The translations under genes were made by a program, and so were the position numbers. Source: Bacteroidales bacterium (GTDB taxonomy: Bacteria; Bacteroidota; Bacteroidia; Bacteroidales; VadinHA17). Taken from it: a stretch of 64,000 nucleotides of DNA. Position 1 is the stretch's first letter, and the number at the start of each line of letters is the position of its first letter. A model generated the notes under the pieces. The model ran no database searches and was not told where the DNA came from. It saw only the letters and a program-made list of their open reading frames with translations. The stretch covers positions 45,060 through 109,059 of the forward strand of contig JBBRXA010000002.1 of assembly GCA_038248855.1 (NCBI GenBank), given 5' to 3'. Below, one piece after another: positions 53,139 through 64,000 of the stretch.

Positions 53139-55292
53139 TTACTCCACCACCTTCATCTCATCAATCAGGTAACCGGCCCCGGCAAATTTGTCAATTATAA
53201 AAAGGACATACCTGATGTCAAGACTGATATTGCGGCTCTGCTTTGGGTTATACATGATGTCACTCGCAACCCCCTCCCAGGCACGGTCAAAATTGACACC
53301 GATAAGGTGTCCGTCGGCATTCAGTACCGGGCTGCCTGAATTGCCTCCCGTTGTGTGGTTATTGGCAATAAAACAGATCGGGATGTCACCGTTAAAGGCG
53401 TACCTGCCGAAATCCTTCTTCGCATAGAGCTCCCTGAGCCTGCCGGGAACATCATAATCATAGATGGCAGGGTTATCCTTTTCCATCACACCGGTCAGAG
53501 TAGTGTAGTACTTATGCCAGACGGCATCCCTGGAATCATAGCCCATCACTTTTCCGTATGATAGCCTTAGTGTGGAGTTTGCATCGGGGTAGAAGACCTT
53601 TCCCTTGCCGTATTCAAGCTGGCCTTCCATATACAGTTTATTGAGATCAGCCAGTCTCCCGTCGAGCACAGACAGCTGCGGCCTTACCCTTTTATCGAGC
53701 AGATCCGAGGCTGCCGCGGCGAGCAGATAAAAAGGATCCTTGCTAACTGCCGCCGGATTGAAATTCTTCAGGAGTGTGGTTACCTTCTTCTCATCCGTGA
53801 AGAGAGATTTTGCAAAAAGCTTATCAGTGACGGAGGCAAAATCACCCCGGCACTTTGCGTAGAGATCCCTGTAAGCCTGAGTCTGCCATTCGGGAGCTAC
53901 ATTCTCGCCGTAAAGCTTCATCACTGCCGCAAACAGCCTCTTGTCAACAGCGGAATTGTAGTTCCTGAAGAAACCCGCTGATACGTTCTCCAGCCTGGCC
54001 AGCTCCTCTTTCAGTTTCGGGTCATTCTTTGAGGCAAGGTCAACAGCCGTCCTGAAGCTGTTTGCCAGGCCCACAGCCTCTGCACCGTTCGAGAAAAAAA
54101 CCTCTGAAGTATAAACACTGACAAGATAATATGTCTGGTAGTCACGATAGATCTCATCATACTGCTCAAATATCTTTCCGTACTTAGAGGTCCGCGAAGG
54201 ATCACCTGAGACCCATCCTGAAAATTCATCTTCGAAAGCCTCCTTTTTAGCCACACCGTTCACCTGGTTCAGGCTCTGTATCTCCCCTATCCATTTCTTC
54301 CATCCGTTTGAAAGTCCGAATGACTTGCCAGAGTACTGAATGCGCACCATCGGATCCTTTGCCATTTCCTGTTCCATAATGGATATCTTCGTGCCCCGAA
54401 TTTCAACCTGTTTCGGGTAAATGACATCCTTAAGCATTTTAATATGGTTCGAGGGAGCATATTCCTGCGTCCTGCCCGGATATCCGAATACCATTGTAAA
54501 ATCTCCCTCTCTTACCCCTTTCAGTGAGACCGGGAAATAATATGCCGGCCTGTAGGGCAGGTTATCTTTCGACCAGGCTGCCGGCTGGTTGTCCTTATCA
54601 GCATAGACCCTGAATAGGGAGAAGTCACCGGTATGGCGCGGCCATACCCAGTTGTCTGTGTCACCGCCGAATTTGCCTATTGAAGATGGTGGCGCACCGA
54701 CAAGCCTGACATCCCTGAAAACCTCGTTAACCATGAGAAAATACTGGTTCCCCAGGAAGAAGGGCCTGACCATTGACAGATAATGCGTTCCCTGTACGGC
54801 TTCGGTATTTATGGATATTATATTGGCATTGATGAGTGCTTCGCGGTCATCCTTCGGCATATTTTCAGTAACACCCTTCATTACTTTTTCTGTGACATCT
54901 TCCATGTACTTCAGAATGGTTACTGTAAGTCCCGGGTTCGACAGCTCCTCATCCTTCGACATAGCCCAGAAACCGTCTGTAAGATAATCGTGATCAAGCG
55001 CGGAGTGATTCTGTATCGAACCGTACCCGCAATGGTGGTTCGTAATTATGAGACCCTGGTCAGAGATGAACTCGCCGGTACAGCCTCCGCCGAAAATCAC
55101 AACGGCATCCTTCATAGAGGCCTTGTTGATGCTGTAAATATCTTCAGCAGTGAGTTTGAAGCCGTTCTCCTGCATCAGCCTGATGTTGTATTTTTCTATC
55201 AGAAGCGGTATCCACATACCCTCATCAGCCTTAAGCCGGGGTGCTGACAGAACAGTTAACAGAGACAGAATAACCAATGTTTTTCTTAACAT
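53139..55292 (-). CDS. S46-family dipeptidyl-peptidase (DPP7/DPP11-like)
   Basis: Signal peptide followed by ADEGMW. Catalytic His in ITNHHCG. Catalytic Ser region TTGGNSGSPVLN. 717 aa. Confidence 0.9.
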   Translation of the reverse strand: MLRKTLVILSLLTVLSAPRLKADEGMWIPLLIEKYNIRLMQENGFKLTAEDIYSINKASMKDAVVIFGGGCTGEFISDQGLIITNHHCGYGSIQNHSALDHDYLTDGFWAMSKDEELSNPGLTVTILKYMEDVTEKVMKGVTENMPKDDREALINANIISINTEAVQGTHYLSMVRPFFLGNQYFLMVNEVFRDVRLVGAPPSSIGKFGGDTDNWVWPRHTGDFSLFRVYADKDNQPAAWSKDNLPYRPAYYFPVSLKGVREGDFTMVFGYPGRTQEYAPSNHIKMLKDVIYPKQVEIRGTKISIMEQEMAKDPMVRIQYSGKSFGLSNGWKKWIGEIQSLNQVNGVAKKEAFEDEFSGWVSGDPSRTSKYGKIFEQYDEIYRDYQTYYLVSVYTSEVFFSNGAEAVGLANSFRTAVDLASKNDPKLKEELARLENVSAGFFRNYNSAVDKRLFAAVMKLYGENVAPEWQTQAYRDLYAKCRGDFASVTDKLFAKSLFTDEKKVTTLLKNFNPAAVSKDPFYLLAAAASDLLDKRVRPQLSVLDGRLADLNKLYMEGQLEYGKGKVFYPDANSTLRLSYGKVMGYDSRDAVWHKYYTTLTGVMEKDNPAIYDYDVPGRLRELYAKKDFGRYAFNGDIPICFIANNHTTGGNSGSPVLNADGHLIGVNFDRAWEGVASDIMYNPKQSRNISLDIRYVLFIIDKFAGAGYLIDEMKVVE

Positions 55293-55302
55293 AACAGTAA
55301 GT

Positions 55303-55899
55303 TTAATATTTACATTCTTTGAATTTCAGAAGTTCGGAATAAAGTTCGCTCACAGGCATTCCGACAACATTATAGTAAGATCCTGCTATTCTTGTAATGG
55401 CTCTCAGTCCGATCCATTCCTGGATGCCGTAAGCCCCCGCCTTGTCATAGGGTCTGTACTCCCTTACATAAAAACCAATCTCCTCTTCACTCAGCTCCCT
55501 GAAGGTAACCATAGTAGTAACTGAGAAGATATGTTTTCTGTTGATGTCTGTAAGGCACAGGCCGGTAATCACTTCATGGTCGCAGTCTGAAAGCAGCCTG
55601 AGAAACTTCGCAGCTTCCTCCGCGTCTGCCGGTTTTCCAAGCACCAGTCCGTGACACCAGACAATCGTGTCTGCAGTTATAAGTATTTCTTTTTCAGTAA
55701 GTTTACCCGTATAAGCATCGGCCTTTACAGAGGCCAGGTATTCCGCTATTTCCTTTCCTTTAAGGCCGGGCGGCCATACCTCTTCACAGTCTACGGTAGC
55801 AGCGGTAAAGGCGATTCCGGCATCACTCAGCAGTTGTCGTCGCCGCGGCGAGGATGAAGCAAGTATTATGCGGCAGTTGCCGTTCGTGTCAGAAATCAT
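55303..55899 (-). CDS. maf: Maf-family nucleoside triphosphate pyrophosphatase
   Basis: ILASSSPRRRQLL and AGAYGIQE motifs, 198 aa. Confidence 0.9.
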   Translation of the reverse strand: MISDTNGNCRIILASSSPRRRQLLSDAGIAFTAATVDCEEVWPPGLKGKEIAEYLASVKADAYTGKLTEKEILITADTIVWCHGLVLGKPADAEEAAKFLRLLSDCDHEVITGLCLTDINRKHIFSVTTMVTFRELSEEEIGFYVREYRPYDKAGAYGIQEWIGLRAITRIAGSYYNVVGMPVSELYSELLKFKECKY

Positions 55900-55900
55900 T

Positions 55901-56911
55901 CTACAGAATCTTTCCTGATGTGATGATTGCCCCGGCTACAGCGGAATACAGGATTCCGGAAAGCATTATGATCTTCATCATTCGGCTTGCCTTATGGAAT
56001 TCATCCCTGGTTTTGCTTAAAAGCACCCTGACAATCACCCATACGAACGGCGCAGCTACCAACAGGGTAACATATGCAAGGGTCAATCTGCCAGGAAGGT
56101 ACCTGAAGCATACAATATAAAGCAGAATAATTGTGACAACCGACAGTGAAATGACAATCATTTTCGTGGCAAACACGCCTGAAACGACCGGCAGGGTTTT
56201 GCGGCCGAAAGTAAGGTCACCCTCATAGTCTTCAATGTCCTTGATAATCTCCCGGATAAGGGTAGTCATAAATGCGAACAGGGCAAACCCTCCCACCCAG
56301 TAATAGAGCAGCCTGACGCCTGGAAACGACATGGTGGCAGCAGAGTATATCTTATAAATCGGAGGGGCTTCGAAAAGCACCACTATAAACGGCACCATTG
56401 CGGTCAGAAAGGCAACAATAAGATTACCGATCAGAAACTGCCTTTTATATGTGACAGAGTAGAAATAAAGCAACCCTGATACGAGCAAAAACAGGGTACC
56501 CAGCCAGAAATAACCTATACGTGCAGATACATAAAACCCTCCGGCCACGCCCAAAAAGCTGAAGACATTGTGATACAGCATGGCCATTCGTCTCGATACG
56601 GTGTTCCCCACTATGATGCTTCCCCTGTTGATAAGGTCAGTGCGGATGTCGAAGTAATCATTGATCACATATCCTCCGGCGGTTATCAGGACTGTCGAAA
56701 GCACCAGCATCAGAAAGTCGAACCATCCCATCTGAAAAGCCATCCTGGTTACAATAAGCGGGTTCTCAGCCATTTCCACAGGCAGGGCGTTCAGCAGAGG
56801 TTTCAGAACTGCATAACGCATAAGCATCATTGTCAGAGCCACTATGATGAGGTTAGGCAGCCTTATGAGCCGGAAAAAGTCGTTCGGGTGCTTACCAGGA
56901 AAAAGCTTCAT
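55901..56911 (-). CDS. UbiA-family prenyltransferase
   Basis: Polytopic membrane protein with the Asp-rich motif INDYFDIRTD. I chose ATG 56911 (MKLFPGKHPNDFFRLIRLPN) over the ORF-track start at 57028, which runs through kdsC. Confidence 0.75.
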   Translation of the reverse strand: MKLFPGKHPNDFFRLIRLPNLIIVALTMMLMRYAVLKPLLNALPVEMAENPLIVTRMAFQMGWFDFLMLVLSTVLITAGGYVINDYFDIRTDLINRGSIIVGNTVSRRMAMLYHNVFSFLGVAGGFYVSARIGYFWLGTLFLLVSGLLYFYSVTYKRQFLIGNLIVAFLTAMVPFIVVLFEAPPIYKIYSAATMSFPGVRLLYYWVGGFALFAFMTTLIREIIKDIEDYEGDLTFGRKTLPVVSGVFATKMIVISLSVVTIILLYIVCFRYLPGRLTLAYVTLLVAAPFVWVIVRVLLSKTRDEFHKASRMMKIIMLSGILYSAVAGAIITSGKIL

Positions 56912-57413
56912 AATCCATCCAGTTTTTATGCAATCGAAGTGTCTGTTCAATAACGTCACGTACGCATCCTTCGCCACCGCATTTATCAGAAATATAAAGA
57001 GCCACCTGTTTGATCTCGCTGTCGGCATCCGCCGGGCATACCGGAAGTCCTACCATTTTCATCACCTCGAAATCAGGGATGTCATCCCCCATGTAAAGAA
57101 CATGACGCAGGTCGGTATTCCACTTCAGGGCCAGTTCCTTCAGGCTCTCTTTCTTTGTTCTGGAATTGAGATAGATATCTGTAACCCCCAGGGTTTTCAG
57201 GCGCGTGACATATTCTTTTGATTTTGAGCCGGATATCACTCCGACTTTATACCCTTTTTTAACAGCGAGCTGGATTGCATAACCGTCTCTCAGGTTCACC
57301 GTGCGCAACGGCTGGCCCCATACAGAGAGGGCAATTGTCTGATTTGACAGCACCCCGTCAATATCAAAGACAAATGCTTTTACATTCTGAAGCTCTTCCT
57401 TAAAGTTGGTCAT
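56892..57413 (-). CDS. kdsC: KDO 8-phosphate phosphatase (HAD-IIIA)
   Basis: FVFDIDGVLS and YMGDDIPD HAD motifs, 173 aa. Confidence 0.85.
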   Translation of the reverse strand: MTNFKEELQNVKAFVFDIDGVLSNQTIALSVWGQPLRTVNLRDGYAIQLAVKKGYKVGVISGSKSKEYVTRLKTLGVTDIYLNSRTKKESLKELALKWNTDLRHVLYMGDDIPDFEVMKMVGLPVCPADADSEIKQVALYISDKCGGEGCVRDVIEQTLRLHKNWMDYEAFSW

Positions 57414-58192
57414 ACTGTCCTTTTCTTGTAGTAATCCGTTATCAGCCCGCTGATCCGGATGTAAAGCTCACTATATTCAGGAGAGAAAGATAACAATTCG
57501 ATATGATTTTTCATCGTTCCGGCATCATTCCTTACAGCAGGACCTGTCTGCGCTGCCGGGGGGCCGGCGCGAAGGGCTTTCCTGGCTGTTTCTTCAATCA
57601 GGGGACGCAACACCTCCGGGTCAAAACCGGCCTGCTCTGCGATGGTCCCTCCGGCCGTCATCATGAAGTTTGCGAAGTTATTTGTAAACACTGCTGCCAG
57701 ATGAAGGTATTTGCGGCGGTCCGAATCGCATTCCGTGGCTTCCGCTCCCATCGATTCCACAAGCTCATGCAGTAACTTAAGAGTGGATTTCTCAGCTCCT
57801 TCAATAAAGAACGGTACTTTCCTGAGGTCCGGCGAAAATCCTCTTGTAAAGGTCTGCAGCGGATAGAGTACTCCGCAACGCGTTTTTCGCCGGAGAACCG
57901 ACATCTCAACGCTGCCTGCCGTATGGACTAATACAGTTTTTTCAGGAAGCCTTATTTTTTCAGCCACCTCCGCAACTGCCGTATCCGTAACGGAGACAAT
58001 TACTATGTCACAGTTATCAGGGATGCTGCAGTCACTGACCCACAAGGCCCCTGAGCGCTTTGCAAGTTCTGCCGCGCTCACTCCCCCTTTGGAGGATACA
58101 GACAAAATTTTGTGGCCACCGGCAGTGAGTCCGCGACACAATGCTTCAGCCACGCTGCCTGCACCTATGAATGATATGTTGTACGGAGCCAC
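57410..58192 (-). CDS. Rossmann-fold / DUF2520 (ProC-like) protein
   Basis: ISFIGAGSVAEAL dinucleotide-binding motif and a DUF2520-like C-terminal half. 260 aa. Confidence 0.7.
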   Translation of the reverse strand: MAPYNISFIGAGSVAEALCRGLTAGGHKILSVSSKGGVSAAELAKRSGALWVSDCSIPDNCDIVIVSVTDTAVAEVAEKIRLPEKTVLVHTAGSVEMSVLRRKTRCGVLYPLQTFTRGFSPDLRKVPFFIEGAEKSTLKLLHELVESMGAEATECDSDRRKYLHLAAVFTNNFANFMMTAGGTIAEQAGFDPEVLRPLIEETARKALRAGPPAAQTGPAVRNDAGTMKNHIELLSFSPEYSELYIRISGLITDYYKKRTV

Positions 58193-58228
58193 TGGCTGAA
58201 AGGATTGATAAGACTCTGCGGGCAGGAG

Positions 58229-58630
58229 TTACTTCCCGTAAAGGTCAGGCTCCACAGAAGTAACCTGTACCTGATAAATACGGTAAAGCGACGGATAATA
58301 GCTGCTGCTGCTGTTCATCAGGTAGTTGCACTCATAAAAGTATGCGCCGGTAATAAGTATTTCTGCACCCTGTTCGTATTTGGTCAGTTCTCCCATTACT
58401 GCTGAAGGGTTGCAGAAATAGAATATCGAATAGGGGTCATTGACACCCGTGCACTGTGCTGATTTTTTCTCTGCATCATAATAAACCAGAACATGAGCTC
58501 CGATTAGAGTATCAAGCGCATCACCGTCACATCCGCATTTGGGTTGCTTCTTGCAGCCCGCATTGAACGCAAAGGGAACAACCACCACCAGTATCAGCAA
58601 AAAATTGTACATTATCCTTTTAGCTCTCAT
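58229..58630 (-). CDS. Hypothetical Cys-rich lipoprotein
   Basis: I chose ATG 58630 (MRAKRIMYNFLLILVVVVPFAFNAGC, a lipobox). The ORF-track extension to 58705 overlaps a terminator. Confidence 0.55.
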   Translation of the reverse strand: MRAKRIMYNFLLILVVVVPFAFNAGCKKQPKCGCDGDALDTLIGAHVLVYYDAEKKSAQCTGVNDPYSIFYFCNPSAVMGELTKYEQGAEILITGAYFYECNYLMNSSSSYYPSLYRIYQVQVTSVEPDLYGK

Positions 58631-58684
58631 AGTCCTTGCCCGGTTAAATAACAGTGCAAAGTAACATTTATTTTTCTTCACTGC

Positions 58685-58721
58685 AAAAAAGAGAGGCTGC
58701 AACATCTCTGTTACAGCCTCT
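58685..58721 (-). terminator. Intrinsic terminator after the rpoC-DUF3467 unit
   Basis: On the minus strand, AGAGGCTG-N14-CAGCCTCT is followed by CTTTTTTG. It starts about 20 nt after the DUF3467 stop. Confidence 0.7.
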
Positions 58722-58740
58722 TCAATTCATTATGAATGAT

Positions 58741-59058
58741 TTACGCCTGCGCGGTAGGCCCGCCGAAAGCTACTGGCAACACCGGTCCCGATCCTTTTAC
58801 TTCACGTATGGTTCCGTGAACCGCTTCATATTTCGAGATGTTGTCATTCAGAGCCGCAACAAGCCTCTTGGCATGCTCAGGAGTAAGTATTATCCTTGAC
58901 TTTACCTGTGCCTTCGGTATGCCCGGCATGATACGGATAAAATCAATGACGAACTCGGCAGGTGAATGTGTGATGACGGCCAGGTTCGAATATATCCCCT
59001 GTGCCATCTCCTCACTGAGCTCGATGTTAAGCTGTCCCTGGTTCTTTACCTCTGCCAT
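58741..59058 (-). CDS. DUF3467-domain protein
   Basis: QLNIELSEEMAQGIYSNLAVITHSPAEFVIDF is characteristic of DUF3467. The position immediately downstream of rpoC is the usual one in Bacteroidota. Confidence 0.8.
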   Translation of the reverse strand: MAEVKNQGQLNIELSEEMAQGIYSNLAVITHSPAEFVIDFIRIMPGIPKAQVKSRIILTPEHAKRLVAALNDNISKYEAVHGTIREVKGSGPVLPVAFGGPTAQA

Positions 59059-59069
59059 GATCTCCGGTT

Positions 59070-62000
59070 TTAGTCCTGTTCAACTTCCTTGACCTTCTGT
59101 CCCGCGTGTACCATACTCTCGAAGTCGTCAGCCGAGCCCACAATAACATTATTGTATTCTCTCAGACCGGTACCTGCCGGAATAAGGTGACCGACGATGA
59201 CATTCTCCTTAAGACCTTCAAGGAAGTCGATCTTGCCAAGTATTGCTGCTTCGTTCAGCACCTTGGTGGTCTCCTGGAAGGAGGCCGCGGAGAAGAAGCT
59301 GTTCGTCTGCAGTGCGGCGCGCGTAATACCCTGAAGCACCTGCTGTGACGTTGCCGGAACGGCATCTCTGGAATCGATGACCTTGAGATCACGACGCTTC
59401 AGAAGCGAGTTCTCGTCCCTGAGCTTGCGTGCGGTTATCACCTGTCCCGGACGTACTGTCTGGCTGTCACCGGCTTCAAGCACAATCTTCTTGCCGTAAA
59501 CCCAGTCATTCTCATCCATGAATTCAAGCTTGTCAACAACCTGACGCTCAAGGAATTTAGTGTCACCCGGATCAATTATCTCCACCTTGCGCATCATCTG
59601 TCTGACGATGATCTCAAAATGTTTGTCGTTGATCTTCACACCCTGCAGACGGTATACCTCCTGTATCTCATTGACGATATACTCCTGTACCTTTGTGGGG
59701 CCTTTTATTGCCAGGATGTCAGACGGAGTGATAGCCCCGTCAGAAAGAGCCGTACCGGCCCTTACATAGTCATTCTCCTGGACAAGTATCTGTTTCGAAA
59801 GCGGAACGAGATATCTCTTTGTCTCACCTGATTTAGAGGTGATGGTTATCTCCCTGTTTCCTCTCTTGATCTTGCCGTAGGTAACTTCGCCGTCTATCTC
59901 GGTGACAATGGCCGGGTTTGACGGGTTACGGGCCTCAAACAGCTCGGTGACACGCGGCAGACCTCCGGTGATGTCACCTGATTTGCCTATTGCTCTCGGG
60001 ATTTTCACGAGAGTATCACCTGCAATGACGTGCTTGTTAAGGTCAGTTACAAGGTGAGCCCCTACAGGAAGGTTATAGGTTTTGAGCTCTGCACCTTCCG
60101 GTGACATAATTTTGATAGTCGGGTTTTTGGTCTTGTCCCTACTTTCAATGATCACCTTTTCCTTGAACCCTGTCTGCTCGTCAGACTCTTCACGGAAGGT
60201 AATTCCCTCCAGGAGATGATCGAAGGCAACCTTACCGGCAACCTCTGAAATGATAACGGCATTGAACGGATCCCACTCGCATATCAGATCTCCCTTGCCG
60301 ACTTCGTCATTCGGTTTTACATAGAGGCGGCTGCCGTAGGGTATTGTATGGGTTGTAAGAGCGATGCCGGTCTTTTTGTCTATTATACGGAGCTCTCCGA
60401 GTCGACCGATAACAATATCTACCTTACCCTTTTCAGGCTCTTTTTTGCTCACAGTTCTCACCTCCTCAATTACAGCAATACCGCCGTATTTGGCAATGAG
60501 CTTCGATTCAGTGGTAATGTTGGAAGCGGTACCTCCTACGTGGAACGTACGGAGCGTCAGCTGCGTACCGGGTTCACCGATACTCTGTGCAGCAATGACA
60601 CCTGTTGCCTCGCCCTTCTGTACCATCCTGCCGGTTGCCAGGTTGCGTCCGTAGCACTTGCCGCATACGCCTTTTTTGGATTCGCAGGTAAGCACTGAAC
60701 GGATCTCAACCTGCTCGATTGGAGACTCGTCAATAAGATTTGCTATCTCTTCGGTGATCTCTTCACCTGAAGCTACGATAAGTTCGCCGGTAAGCGGGTT
60801 GTAGATGTTATGAACGGTCGTACGGCCTAGTATCCTGTCATAGAGTGACTCCACGATCTCTTCGTTGTTCTTTATGGCTGTAGCCACCAGACCGCGAAGG
60901 GTTCCGCAGTCTTCCTCATTGATGATCACATCCTGGGAGACGTCTACAAGACGGCGTGTCAGGTAACCTGCGTCTGCCGTCTTGAGGGCGGTGTCAGCAA
61001 GACCCTTGCGGGCACCGTGGGTAGATATAAAGTACTCGAGTACCGACAGCCCTTCCTTGAAGTTGGAAAGAATCGGGTTCTCGATGATCTCAGATCCTGT
61101 TGATCCGGATTTCTGCGGTTTCGCCATAAGGCCCCTCATCCCTGAGAGCTGGCGGATCTGTTCCTTCGAACCCCTAGCACCGGAGTCAAGCATCATGTAG
61201 ACCGAGTTGAAGCCCTGCTTGTCAGTTGATAGCTGCTTCATCAGTATCTGTGTAAGACGTGCGTTAACATGGGTCCAGATGTCGATGATCTGGTTGTAGC
61301 GCTCATTATTTGTGATGAAGCCCATGCTGTAGTTTGAAAGCACCTCTTCAACCTGCTCATAACCTTCTGCAACGAACATCTCCTTTTCCTTGGGAATGAT
61401 TACATCGTCAAGGTTGAAGGAAAGGCCACCGGTAAATGCCATCCTGAAACCGAGGTCCTTGATTGCATCGAGGAAGTCAGCCGTTTTGGCTGTACCTGCC
61501 TTCTTGAGCACATTACCGATAATATCCCTCAGTGATTTCTTCGTGAGGATCTCATTCAGAAATCCCACTTCTTCAGGTACAAATTCATTGAAGAGAACGC
61601 GACCGACGGTGGTCTCGATGATATGATTCACCTTTTTCCCGTCAACAATATCGTTTGTCTTGACTTTGATTATGGCATGCAGGTCAATCTTGCCTTCATT
61701 GTATGCAATATGAACCTCCTCAGGTGAATAGAAAACAGATCCTTCGCCCTTGACCTTAATTGACTCGGTGCTCTTGCGAGCCTTGGTGATGTAATACAGA
61801 CCGAGGACCATGTCTTGTGAGGGTACAGTAATAGGTGCCCCGTTGGCAGGGTTCAGGATGTTGTGCGATGCAAGCATCAGCATCTGAGCTTCTATGACTG
61901 CGGCGTTGCCCAGCGGCAGGTGAACAGCCATCTGGTCACCGTCGAAGTCAGCGTTGAAAGCAGTACATACAAGCGGGTGAAGCTGGATGGCCTTGCCCTC

Positions 62001-63362
62001 AATAAGCTTGGGCTGGAAAGCCTGGATACCAAGTCTGTGAAGTGTGGGAGCGCGGTTAAGGAGAACCGGGTGGCCCTTAAGCACGTTCTCCAGGATATCC
62101 CATACGACAGGGTCTTTGCGGTCGACTATCTTCTTGGCGCTCTTCACTGTCTTCACGATGCCGCGCTCAATGAGCTTGCGTATCACGAAGGGTTTGTAAA
62201 GCTCGGCTGCCATGTCTTTGGGTATGCCGCACTCGTGAAGGTGCAGTTCGGGACCGACCACAATTACAGAACGGGCAGAATAGTCAACCCTTTTACCGAG
62301 AAGATTCTGGCGGAAGCGCCCCTGCTTTCCTTTGAGGCTGTCAGAGAGCGACTTCAACGGCCTGTTGGCGTCGGTCTTGACGGCGTTGGCCTTGCGTGAG
62401 TTGTCGAAGAGAGAGTCGACGGCCTCCTGGAGCATCCTCTTTTCATTACGGAGGATCACCTCGGGAGCCTTGATCTCTATGAGTCTCTTGAGACGGTTGT
62501 TGCGTATTATCACCCTGCGGTAGAGGTCGTTAAGGTCGCTGGTTGCAAACCTTCCGCCGTCCAGCGGAACAAGCGGCCTGAGTTCAGGGGGTATGACCGG
62601 CACGATCTTCACTATCATCCACTCCGGCCTGTTGATGTTTTTCGATTCCCTGAATGCCTCTACAACCTGCAGTCTTTTAAGAGCTTCACTCTTGCGCTGC
62701 TGAGAAGTCTCGGTGTTGGCACGGTAACGAAGTGAATATGAAAGCTCATCGAGGTCCAGCTTGGCGAGAAGCTTGTAAAGAGCTTCGGCTCCCATCTCTG
62801 CCACAAACTTGTCAGGATGTTCGTCGTCAAGATACTGGTTCTCCTTCGGAAGCGCCTCAATTATTTCCATATACTCCTCTTCGGAGAGGAAATCGAGATA
62901 TTTAACTCCGTCGACTGCTTTCACGCCGGGATTAATAACAACATACTTTTCATAATAAATAATGCTGTCCAGTTTCTTTGTGGGCAGACCGAGAAGATAT
63001 CCAATCTTGTTGGGAAGTGATCTGAAGTACCAGATGTGAGCCACAGGCACCACGAGCGATATGTGGCCCATTCTCTCACGTCTGACTTTCTTCTCTGTCA
63101 CCTCAACGCCGCAGCGGTCACAGACGATACCTTTGTAACGTATCCTCTTGTATTTTCCGCAATGGCATTCATAGTCCTTTACCGGTCCGAAGATCCTTTC
63201 GCAGAAAAGTCCGTCGCGTTCAGGCTTGTAGGTACGGTAGTTTATTGTCTCAGGTTTCAGGACTTCGCCACTCGATTTGTCAAGTATCTCCTCCGGAGAC
63301 GCCAGACCTATTGAAATCTTCGTGTAGCTGGTCTTCTGTTTGTTATCCCTTCTGAATGACAT
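59070..63362 (-). CDS. rpoC: DNA-directed RNA polymerase subunit beta'
   Basis: [12 protein letters not shown] catalytic motif, zinc-binding CHCGKY...CDRCG, 1430 aa. Confidence 0.98.
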   Translation of the reverse strand: MSFRRDNKQKTSYTKISIGLASPEEILDKSSGEVLKPETINYRTYKPERDGLFCERIFGPVKDYECHCGKYKRIRYKGIVCDRCGVEVTEKKVRRERMGHISLVVPVAHIWYFRSLPNKIGYLLGLPTKKLDSIIYYEKYVVINPGVKAVDGVKYLDFLSEEEYMEIIEALPKENQYLDDEHPDKFVAEMGAEALYKLLAKLDLDELSYSLRYRANTETSQQRKSEALKRLQVVEAFRESKNINRPEWMIVKIVPVIPPELRPLVPLDGGRFATSDLNDLYRRVIIRNNRLKRLIEIKAPEVILRNEKRMLQEAVDSLFDNSRKANAVKTDANRPLKSLSDSLKGKQGRFRQNLLGKRVDYSARSVIVVGPELHLHECGIPKDMAAELYKPFVIRKLIERGIVKTVKSAKKIVDRKDPVVWDILENVLKGHPVLLNRAPTLHRLGIQAFQPKLIEGKAIQLHPLVCTAFNADFDGDQMAVHLPLGNAAVIEAQMLMLASHNILNPANGAPITVPSQDMVLGLYYITKARKSTESIKVKGEGSVFYSPEEVHIAYNEGKIDLHAIIKVKTNDIVDGKKVNHIIETTVGRVLFNEFVPEEVGFLNEILTKKSLRDIIGNVLKKAGTAKTADFLDAIKDLGFRMAFTGGLSFNLDDVIIPKEKEMFVAEGYEQVEEVLSNYSMGFITNNERYNQIIDIWTHVNARLTQILMKQLSTDKQGFNSVYMMLDSGARGSKEQIRQLSGMRGLMAKPQKSGSTGSEIIENPILSNFKEGLSVLEYFISTHGARKGLADTALKTADAGYLTRRLVDVSQDVIINEEDCGTLRGLVATAIKNNEEIVESLYDRILGRTTVHNIYNPLTGELIVASGEEITEEIANLIDESPIEQVEIRSVLTCESKKGVCGKCYGRNLATGRMVQKGEATGVIAAQSIGEPGTQLTLRTFHVGGTASNITTESKLIAKYGGIAVIEEVRTVSKKEPEKGKVDIVIGRLGELRIIDKKTGIALTTHTIPYGSRLYVKPNDEVGKGDLICEWDPFNAVIISEVAGKVAFDHLLEGITFREESDEQTGFKEKVIIESRDKTKNPTIKIMSPEGAELKTYNLPVGAHLVTDLNKHVIAGDTLVKIPRAIGKSGDITGGLPRVTELFEARNPSNPAIVTEIDGEVTYGKIKRGNREITITSKSGETKRYLVPLSKQILVQENDYVRAGTALSDGAITPSDILAIKGPTKVQEYIVNEIQEVYRLQGVKINDKHFEIIVRQMMRKVEIIDPGDTKFLERQVVDKLEFMDENDWVYGKKIVLEAGDSQTVRPGQVITARKLRDENSLLKRRDLKVIDSRDAVPATSQQVLQGITRAALQTNSFFSAASFQETTKVLNEAAILGKIDFLEGLKENVIVGHLIPAGTGLREYNNVIVGSADDFESMVHAGQKVKEVEQD

Positions 63363-63401
63363 ATATTGTATTTTTTTTTACTGTTTAAGAACTCAGCTGT
63401 A

Positions 63402-64000
63402 TTACTCAAGGTTGATGCTCAGGCCCAGGCCGCGGAGCTCATGCAGAAGCACGTTCAGCGATTCAGGTATGCCCGGCATCGGCATTGGCTCTCCCTTGAC
63501 AATTGCTTCGTAGGCTTTTGCCCTTCCTATCACGTCATCAGACTTGATAGTGAGTATTTCCTGGAGTATGTGTGCGGCACCGAATGCTTCGAGTGCCCAT
63601 ACCTCCATCTCACCGAATCTCTGACCTCCGAACTGAGCTTTACCTCCGAGAGGCTGCTGTGTGATGAGAGAATAAGGTCCGATTGAACGGGCGTGCATCT
63701 TGTCATCAACCATATGGCCCAGTTTGAGCATGTAGATCATCCCCACCGTTGCAGGCTGGTCGAAACGGTCTCCCGTTCCTCCGTCATAGAGATATGTGGT
63801 ACCGTTGCGCGGAATACCGGCCCTGTCTGTAAGTTCGGTTATCTGATCCTGTCTTGCACCGTCAAAAATAGGTGTCGAGAACTTAAGCCCGAGCTCCTGA
63901 CCTGCCCATCCCAGAACAGTCTCATATATCTGCCCGAGGTTCATCCTGGAGGGCACACCAAGCGGGTTGAGAACTATGTCGACAGGGGTACCGTCAGCAA
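63402..64000 (-). CDS. rpoB: DNA-directed RNA polymerase subunit beta, C-terminal end (5' part outside the window)
   Basis: [30 protein letters not shown] is a universal RpoB C-terminal signature. The frame is open to the window edge. Confidence 0.97.
   Translation of the reverse strand, partial: ADGTPVDIVLNPLGVPSRMNLGQIYETVLGWAGQELGLKFSTPIFDGARQDQITELTDRAGIPRNGTTYLYDGGTGDRFDQPATVGMIYMLKLGHMVDDKMHARSIGPYSLITQQPLGGKAQFGGQRFGEMEVWALEAFGAAHILQEILTIKSDDVIGRAKAYEAIVKGEPMPMPGIPESLNVLLHELRGLGLSINLE

Noticed and set aside
1-64000. Mobile element, prophage, defence island, or tRNA/rRNA genes
   Set aside because: No integrase, transposase, recombinase, terminal inverted repeats, phage structural genes, restriction or abortive-infection-like ATPases, or cloverleaf or rRNA-like sequences were recognised on either strand. 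The gene content is chromosomal metabolic and housekeeping.

Overview
This is a 64-kb, densely coding chromosomal window that looks like an anaerobic Bacteroidota-type genome. The evidence is an rpoB-rpoC-DUF3467 block, an S46 dipeptidyl-peptidase, TAnnTTTG-like promoter boxes, few Shine-Dalgarno sequences and a T9SS-tail-like domain. I saw no rRNA, tRNA, CRISPR array, transposase, integrase or phage genes. Three regions stand out. (1) Bases 1.8-17.8 kb hold a large [FeFe]-hydrogenase sensing and regulation locus. On the minus strand, one apparent operon runs hydC(NuoE-like), hydB(NuoF-like), a hydA-like gene with a non-canonical H-cluster pocket, a sensory-hydrogenase::histidine-kinase fusion, a REC protein, a REC-HK hybrid, rex, ribF, hydG and a tandem TM1266-like regulator. 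A divergent plus-strand operon encodes a small 2Fe-2S ferredoxin, a second sensory hydrogenase with a PAS domain, a PP2C phosphatase and a membrane metallophosphoesterase. A Rex-type palindrome lies in the shared promoter region. (2) Bases 22.4-30.4 kb hold a synthase-dependent exopolysaccharide-like module: a REC-only regulator, a TPR plus outer-membrane beta-barrel, a SPOR-TM-HEAT protein, a processive GT2 synthase and a convergent secreted glycoside-hydrolase-like protein. It has no recognisable c-di-GMP component. (3) Bases 48-53 kb encode a 4Fe-4S protein followed by a 1432-aa double-activase/dehydratase-like megaprotein. The rest is housekeeping and proteolytic metabolism: M14, M28, two M24B, M3 and S46 peptidases, malic enzyme, MFS plus ROK kinase, maf, kdsC and a UbiA-family protein. 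Smaller oddities are a 31-bp tandem repeat that copies a gene's 3' end, an aminopeptidase P gene with one in-frame TGA, a carboxyltransferase whose biotinyl-like domain lacks the biotin lysine, and a truncated gene remnant. All calls come from reading the translated ORFs and the DNA by eye. No database search or alignment was run.
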